DNA of 64,000 nt from an uncultured Planctomycetota bacterium (lineage in GTDB: Bacteria; Planctomycetota; PLA2; JAEUHO01), in assembly GCA_963752285.1 (NCBI GenBank), contig CAVVXN010000005.1:1984001-2048000 (forward strand), in the 5' to 3' direction. Shown here piece by piece: positions 59,201 through 64,000 of the stretch (positions are counted from its first letter, which is position 1; every line of letters begins with the position of its first letter). The notes beneath the pieces are model-generated. The model did not search any database. It saw only the letters and a program-made list of their open reading frames with translations, and was not told the origin of the DNA. Position numbers and translations under genes: made by a program.

Positions 59201-60050
59201 CCGCCTCGAGGTCCAGACGTGGGGGACGACCTCGCTACGGAAGGTGATCGACGACGTGACCGCCGGGACGACGGGCCTCGTGATCCGCCTGGATGCCGGC
59301 GTGAGCATTCGCGGCCGGGTCGTGAGGTCGGACGGGAACCCGGCGAGCGGTGGGTACGTACGGCTCTGGCCCGAAGGGAAGCAGGACAGTGACACGAGCT
59401 GGGCCCAGATCCAGTCGGACGGGACCTTCGAGGCAGAAGGCCTCGTCCCGGGCGCGTACCGGCTCCTCCCTCGCACCGAGAGCGGTCTCGAGGCCGCGGA
59501 GGGGACGCTCGTCGCCGCGCCGGCCGAGGACGTGCGTCTCGTCCTCCCCGAGTCGCGCTCGATCCGCGGTCGCCTCACGGGCGCGCCGGACCTCCAGGGC
59601 TACTCGGTCTGGGCCAGCACCGCCGACGCGCCGTCGGGCTCGCGTCACGCCACGAGCTCGGGCGCCGACGGCACCTTCACGATCGACGGCGTCGCCGACG
59701 GCACGTACGTGCTGCGCGCGCGCGCCTCGAAGGGCGACGGGTACGGCGTGGTCAAGACCGTCCGTGCGGGAGCGTCCGACGTCGAGATCCCGCTCCAGCG
59801 CGGCCTCGCGATCGAGGGGACGGCCCTCGCCCCGAACGGAGAGCCGATCGAGGACGGCTGGGTCATGGCGCAGGACGACGGGTGGACCGGACAGGCCAAG
59901 GTCGATCACGGCGCGTTCCGGATCGGCGGGCTCCCTCCGGGCCGATACCGGCTGACCGTGTACCAGAAGGTGGGAACGACCTACGAGACCGCCAAGGACG
60001 TGTCGGAAGCCGACGCGGGAGCGACGAGCGTGCGCCTCCGCATGCCCTGA
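56229..60050 (+). CDS. Large secreted protein of tandem carboxypeptidase-regulatory-like (CnaB/transthyretin-like) domains
   Basis: N-terminal signal/anchor; more than 10 repeats of G.V.D..G.PV...TDADG.F....L..G.Y. Confidence 0.88.
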   Translation: MRRWLPWLLVLAAGAAVAFLALPMLEGSRPAPGSPDLRGDAATAKETEGATLRGTGEAGPGTSASDARYRVLGRVIDEEGHPAAGVRVTIERGAHVEGKAGWLRWYLQRVVTGDSDPVEQVGEATSAADGSFSFALAEGGSLRVFAKPDPPRCGSRSSVWVSDEQTGAKVTLHVTAGVSLAGRVVDEAGHGVAAQVSASLAVQNVWYQTRPVTAAAADGTFHLFGMPAGTWRLAISIPPRLQLAGIEVQVPRDGEFVYRLGEGTGGVGGRVTNESGAAVAHAEVLVQTTAVEAGGASPSASERAATDADGRYEVRGVVAGRISMVGVEADGLLPYLETPPRAPWSGAAVKAGERTEIDIVLRAGAAVTGRVFDEKTNAGLSGADVRAFSARGYGGRRWGGETDLAATTDASGHYRIEGLVAGTYLLVAHHATHYLPGLFAPRTIQVHRPGLVAQVNVPPPTLEVVISGGTKQVERDLAMRAGCSVHGTVLGPDDQPVEGARLRSGDAALGNAVANLGYDAGNDLWTLGTTDASGRFEMHDLPARPGLVLVATHEGYVAGASDSLALDASSEPPAIEIHLGHGATILGRYLDANGQGAEGEVYAYATQYEGVFTSGPREATDADGSFRLEDVPPGTVRLSAWGSAGSLQLLVEKLQPGETREGVVLQVAAGVRVSGVVVDPDGAPVPGRNLTLTPSGDPNGGANRSATTDAQGRFTFENAPAGKVQIQVSELSEEGYGQNVNLGPAFEAPADDVRLVYTPVPKLDVSGRVLDPRGAPVPICRVTIEASGSRRQNYGWNGYRGGDEVVDGTFRRRVDGTFPISVTVSEARDAAGAPLNVRGQTTRVEDAAGLPVTIRLESGLEVTGRVLGPSGQGVPEVVVQSTGQRAWTDADGRFTLPGVDDGADTLEVSAPEDYVQPQNIALTAGQRTVEIRLERALAISGSVEGPDGKPVTSCWVQARWHRRDEKEEKFLGAQVEGGRFEVRGLPEGAVARLEVQTWGTTSLRKVIDDVTAGTTGLVIRLDAGVSIRGRVVRSDGNPASGGYVRLWPEGKQDSDTSWAQIQSDGTFEAEGLVPGAYRLLPRTESGLEAAEGTLVAAPAEDVRLVLPESRSIRGRLTGAPDLQGYSVWASTADAPSGSRHATSSGADGTFTIDGVADGTYVLRARASKGDGYGVVKTVRAGASDVEIPLQRGLAIEGTALAPNGEPIEDGWVMAQDDGWTGQAKVDHGAFRIGGLPPGRYRLTVYQKVGTTYETAKDVSEADAGATSVRLRMP

Positions 60051-60060
60051 CGGCCCCCCC

Positions 60061-62127
60061 ATGAGCGCGAAGCCCGTCGTCTGGCTCGATCGCCTCGGCC
60101 TCGACGGCGCGACGGCAGGTCGTCTTTGCGACGCCGTCGAGGCGTCGGACGGGGACGTCCTCTTGCCCGACGCCCCGGGCGACGCCGCGGCGCTGATCGG
60201 GGCGGGCGTGGTCGCGGCCCGGGACCGGTCCCTCGTCGAGACGGCGCTTCCCGCGATCGTGGCGGACCTTGCCTCACGCGAGTCGTCGCTCGACCCGTTC
60301 CCCCGCGGCGTGTACTGGCACCTCGCGGGGATCGCGGCCTGGCACGCGACGAACGACGTGGCCCGCGCGACCACGTGCTTCAACCGGAGCCTCGCCGACC
60401 TGGAGTCCGCGGGCGGGCCGGCCCGCGCGTACCACCCTCGGGTCCTGGACACGCTCGGTCAGATGCTGCAGCACCAGGGCCTGCTCGACGACGCGCGCCT
60501 CGAGTACGAACGCGCGCTCGAAGGCAAGGAGGCGGTCGGCGACGTCGAGGGCCAGGCGATCACGCTCGGGAACCTCGGCCGCCTCTGCCTCGAGCTCGGC
60601 GACTTCGCAGCCGCGCGGGATCACCTCGTGAAGGACCTGGCGCACGTCGAGCGGTCGAACCCGGCGAACGCGAGGCTCCAGGCGCTCCTCGGGACCCAGA
60701 TCGCGACGGCGCTCCTCGAGACGGGCGAGCTCGACGAGGCGGAGCGAAGGCTCGCGGCGAGCCGCACGCTCGCCGAGGAGGCCGACGACCCCGTGGGCGT
60801 CGCGTTCGCGTCGCTCACCCAGGCGCGCCTCGCGCTCCTCCGGGGCGAGATCGAGATCGCCGGGCGCGAGGTCCACCGGGTCCTCGGGCTCCTGGGCGAT
60901 CGACCGGCTGCACGTCTGCCCGAGGTCGAGGGCCTGGTCCTCGAGCTCGAGGCCGAGGTCGAACGGCGCCGCGGCGCGCCGGGGGCCGCGCGGTCGCTCT
61001 TCGAGCGGGCGTTTGCGAAGTACACGAAGGCCACGCGGATCTCGCCGGTCGAGTGGGCGGAGCTCCTCCGGTCGTGGGCGCTCGCGTGCGAAGAGGACGG
61101 CGCGACGAAGGAGGCGGCGGATCTCCTCCGACGCGCGCTCCGGGCCCTCGACAGGACGAGCGCCGACGAGCTGAGACAGCGTCTCGACCGGCGCCTGTGC
61201 GCGCTCGACGAGTCGGCGTGGTGGCTGCACGGCGCGGGACGGTTCGTCGGCCACCGTGAGATCGAGTCGCTGATCGAGGCGTCGGGCGGGCAGGGCTTTC
61301 GCGGGCACGCCGAGGACGTGGTGGTGCTCTTCTCCGACCTGCGTGGCTTCACGAGCATCAGCGAGCGCCTTCCCCCCGCTACGCTCGTCGAGGTGCTGAA
61401 CGCATACCTCGCGCACATGGTGCGCTGCGTCGAGCACTACGGCGGCAGCGTGGACAAGTTCGTGGGCGACGCGGTGATGGCCGTCTTCTCGGGGTCGTGG
61501 GCCGGCGGCGCCGACGCCGACGCCGCGGTCCACGCCGCGCTCTACATGCAGGCCGAGCTCGAGCGCTTCAACCGCACGCTCTCGCCGGACCTGCCCCGCC
61601 TCGCCGCGGGCGTCGGCGTCCACGCCGGGCCCGTCGTGAAGGGACTCGTGGGGTCGCCGCAGAAGCGCTCCGTGACGGTGCTCGGCGACACCGTCAACAC
61701 GGCCTCGCGACTCGAGGGCATGACGAAGCCCCTGGGCTCCCGCTGCCTGGTGAGCGGGGAGGTCGTCCGGCGGCTCGAGCGTCCCGGCGAGCTGGTCCTC
61801 GCCCCCCTCGGGCCCTTCCGCCCGGCGGGACGCCGGCGCGCCCTCGATGTCCACCACCTCCTCGGCCGCCGGGACGGGAGCGTCGAGGCCCAGAGGCTCG
61901 AGACGGAGGCCGGGGGCGCCCGCGCGGCGCTCGCGCTCCGGGTCTCGGGGGCGGGACCGCAGGCCCGTGAAGCCTATCTTTCCCTCGCCGCGACGTGTCT
62001 CGACCCCGTCCGCGGCCAGGGCTACGAATGGATCGCGGCCCGGGTCGATAGGGTCGGGAGCGCCACCGAGCGCGGTGGGGCGATCCCTGCCCTCGGGGCG
62101 GGAACGATCGAGATGACGGAGAAGTGA
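60061..62127 (+). CDS. TPR-repeat class III adenylate cyclase
   Basis: TPR helices (TLGNLG); LFSDLRGFT, DKFVGDAVMA, GVGVHAG and TVLGDTVNTASRLE motifs. Confidence 0.9.
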   Translation: MSAKPVVWLDRLGLDGATAGRLCDAVEASDGDVLLPDAPGDAAALIGAGVVAARDRSLVETALPAIVADLASRESSLDPFPRGVYWHLAGIAAWHATNDVARATTCFNRSLADLESAGGPARAYHPRVLDTLGQMLQHQGLLDDARLEYERALEGKEAVGDVEGQAITLGNLGRLCLELGDFAAARDHLVKDLAHVERSNPANARLQALLGTQIATALLETGELDEAERRLAASRTLAEEADDPVGVAFASLTQARLALLRGEIEIAGREVHRVLGLLGDRPAARLPEVEGLVLELEAEVERRRGAPGAARSLFERAFAKYTKATRISPVEWAELLRSWALACEEDGATKEAADLLRRALRALDRTSADELRQRLDRRLCALDESAWWLHGAGRFVGHREIESLIEASGGQGFRGHAEDVVVLFSDLRGFTSISERLPPATLVEVLNAYLAHMVRCVEHYGGSVDKFVGDAVMAVFSGSWAGGADADAAVHAALYMQAELERFNRTLSPDLPRLAAGVGVHAGPVVKGLVGSPQKRSVTVLGDTVNTASRLEGMTKPLGSRCLVSGEVVRRLERPGELVLAPLGPFRPAGRRRALDVHHLLGRRDGSVEAQRLETEAGGARAALALRVSGAGPQAREAYLSLAATCLDPVRGQGYEWIAARVDRVGSATERGGAIPALGAGTIEMTEK

Positions 62128-64000
62128 TGACGATTCTCACCTCGGCAGGCCTGCGTCCGGTGATCGAGCGGGCCCTCGCCCGAGTGCTCGAGCGCGTCTC
62201 CCCGGGCGAGCCGCCCGCGGACCTCGCGGCACAGGCCACGCGCTACGCCCGAACGAAGGGCGAACGCGGAGCCGCGCCGATCGCGGCCGAGCTCGGGCTC
62301 GAGCGCGCGGAGCTCCAGGAGCTCGAGTCGGCGCTCCAGGACGCCGTGCGCACCGCGGCGAGCGTGGACTCGGGCGAGACGGCTTCCGAGCGGAACGCGG
62401 TGCTGGCCTCCGTGCGTCTCCTCTCGTGGTTCGAGACCATCGCCCAGCGCGTCCCGGAGCTGGGGCTCGAGCCCTCGACCGACGCCCTCGCCGCGGAGGA
62501 GCTCGGGCGAAAGCAGGTCCGGGCCCTCGAGCTGATCGTGAGGAGCCTCGTCACCGAGAGCTACGGCAGCCAGGACGCCCTGGTCGCGCGGCTTCGCGCG
62601 GCGCTCGACCAGCGCGTCGTGGAACGTTGGCAGAAGACCGCCGACCCGGGCGACGTGCTGAGCGGCTGCTCCTTCTCGGAGCTCGCCAGCCTCTTCACGA
62701 GCTCGGAGGAGTTCCAGCGCTACGAGAAGCTGTACGAGGACACGCCGTTCCTCACGCTCCTCCGCGAGCGGCGCCGAACGATCCAGGCGTTCCTCGACGA
62801 CGTGCGGCGCATCCGCAACGTCCTCGCGCACCACAAGCGGGTCACGAACCTGCAGCTCACCCTCCTCGACCTCTACTACGACGAGATCGTCGCGCCCGTC
62901 CGGACCGCGCACGAGCGCGGCGAGACGAAGGTGGACCCGGCGCGATTCCTCGACGTTTCGAAGGAGGAGCTCGAGGCGTGGTTCTCGGGACTCGAGGAGG
63001 ACCTCCGCGAGGTGAAGGACGACCTCCGTTCGCTTCGCGCGTCGCTGCTGGCGTCGCTCGGGCGAGTCGAGGGCGACGTCTCGGAGATCCGCCGCCGGAG
63101 CGTCGGGACGAGCCGTCGCCTCGGCTGGGTCGGCGCGGGGCTGGTGGTCGTGCTGGGACTCTCAGCTTGGCTCGTCCTCCGCGGCGGGAAGACCGAGGAG
63201 ATGGTCGCGCACGCCGGCGATGCGGCCACGCGCGCGGCGGAGGCCGGCGAGGCGGCGGCGAGCACGGCCCGCGACACCGCCGCGCGCGTCGAGCAGGGCG
63301 TGGAGCGCACCGCCGTGGCGACCGCGAAGCTCGCCGAGACCCTCGACGAGCTGCGCGACGGCTTCAAGTCGATCGCCCACTCCGGCGGCGTGGTGGCCGA
63401 ACCCACCCGCCCGCAGGAGTGGTACCACAACGCACGCACGTTCGAGCAGCGCGGCGACGTCGTGCAGGCGCTCGACGCTTACCGCCACTACTTCGCGTAC
63501 GCCGAGCTCCCCTTCGTGGACCCCCACCAGGAGTACCAGTCCCTCGTGAAGCTCCAGAACGGCATCGGCGGCGCGCGCGAGGTCTATGACCAGATGCGCC
63601 GCCGCGAGGGCGCCTCGCCCGTCTTCGAGCTGATGTGGGACGTGCTCCTCGAGCACGACCAGCGCGTGGCCGCCCTCGGCCGGTTCATCGAGAAGAACCC
63701 CGACTGGGCGCCCGCGGTCTACGAGCTGAGCCTCGACTACTCGGAGGCGCGCCTCGGCTCGCAGTCGCTCGAGGACAAGAAGGAGGAACGGGACCTCCTC
63801 CAGGAGTTCCTGACGCTCCACGACGAGGGACACCTGCTCGGCTACTTCCTCGACCAGAGCGTCGCGGCTGAGGAGATCGCCGACGCGCGGCGCCGGCTCG
63901 CGCGCCTCGCCACGCTCGCGCCCGAGGTCGTGGAGAAGCCGGTCCGGCTCACGGCCATGCACAGCGGCCAGGGGTGGATGGTCACCCTCTCGATCGCGGA
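62127..64000 (+). CDS. 3'-truncated protein: HEPN domain (STY4199/Swt1-like), coiled coil, TM helix and helical/TPR-like C-terminal region
   Basis: Hand-translated from ATG 62127 and open to the window end. ALELIVRSLV...FSEL...IRNVLAH (RxxxxH at 62814-62831); TM LGWVGAGLVVVLGLSAWLVL at about 63120-63180. Confidence 0.8.
   Translation, partial: MTILTSAGLRPVIERALARVLERVSPGEPPADLAAQATRYARTKGERGAAPIAAELGLERAELQELESALQDAVRTAASVDSGETASERNAVLASVRLLSWFETIAQRVPELGLEPSTDALAAEELGRKQVRALELIVRSLVTESYGSQDALVARLRAALDQRVVERWQKTADPGDVLSGCSFSELASLFTSSEEFQRYEKLYEDTPFLTLLRERRRTIQAFLDDVRRIRNVLAHHKRVTNLQLTLLDLYYDEIVAPVRTAHERGETKVDPARFLDVSKEELEAWFSGLEEDLREVKDDLRSLRASLLASLGRVEGDVSEIRRRSVGTSRRLGWVGAGLVVVLGLSAWLVLRGGKTEEMVAHAGDAATRAAEAGEAAASTARDTAARVEQGVERTAVATAKLAETLDELRDGFKSIAHSGGVVAEPTRPQEWYHNARTFEQRGDVVQALDAYRHYFAYAELPFVDPHQEYQSLVKLQNGIGGAREVYDQMRRREGASPVFELMWDVLLEHDQRVAALGRFIEKNPDWAPAVYELSLDYSEARLGSQSLEDKKEERDLLQEFLTLHDEGHLLGYFLDQSVAAEEIADARRRLARLATLAPEVVEKPVRLTAMHSGQGWMVTLSIA

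Noticed and set aside
60061..62127. Pycsar pyrimidine cyclase
   Set aside because: It keeps adenylate-type Lys/Thr specificity residues and has a TPR architecture, and no cNMP-binding domain is evident in the visible part of the partner.

Overview
A very GC-rich bacterial window (roughly 70-75% GC by eye). The many secreted HEAT-repeat, vWA, carboxypeptidase-regulatory-like and Ser/Thr-kinase/FGE proteins suggest Planctomycetota (inference). It holds about 48 genes. Housekeeping genes include nhaP-type antiporter, prfB with its programmed +1 frameshift, pyk, acyP, typA, a LOG protein, dppA, ndh, a TerC protein, glgC, glgA and tRNA-Pro(CGG). Three features stand out. (1) Directly after tRNA-Pro lies a ~1.3-kb tandem array with a 444-bp period. 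Each unit can be drawn as an enlarged tRNA-like cloverleaf ending in the tRNA's own 3' end with CCA, with hairpins or domains inserted in the D, anticodon and T loops. (2) A split cluster of four ATP-grasp proteins, a carboxylate-amine ligase-CBS fusion, two esterases and an S51-like hydrolase is tied to glgC/glgA, suggesting an uncharacterised glycogen-linked amide or ester polymer pathway. (3) At the right edge, a TPR-class III cyclase gene is translationally coupled to an ORF missing from the ORF track. That ORF encodes a HEPN (RxxxxH) domain, a coiled coil, a TM helix and a helical ectodomain, and is a candidate signalling or conflict system. Smaller points are a degenerate stand-alone cyclase domain, a MITE-like inverted repeat, many apparently leaderless genes, and two probable single-base frameshifts. 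All domain calls come from reading motifs by eye; no searches were run.
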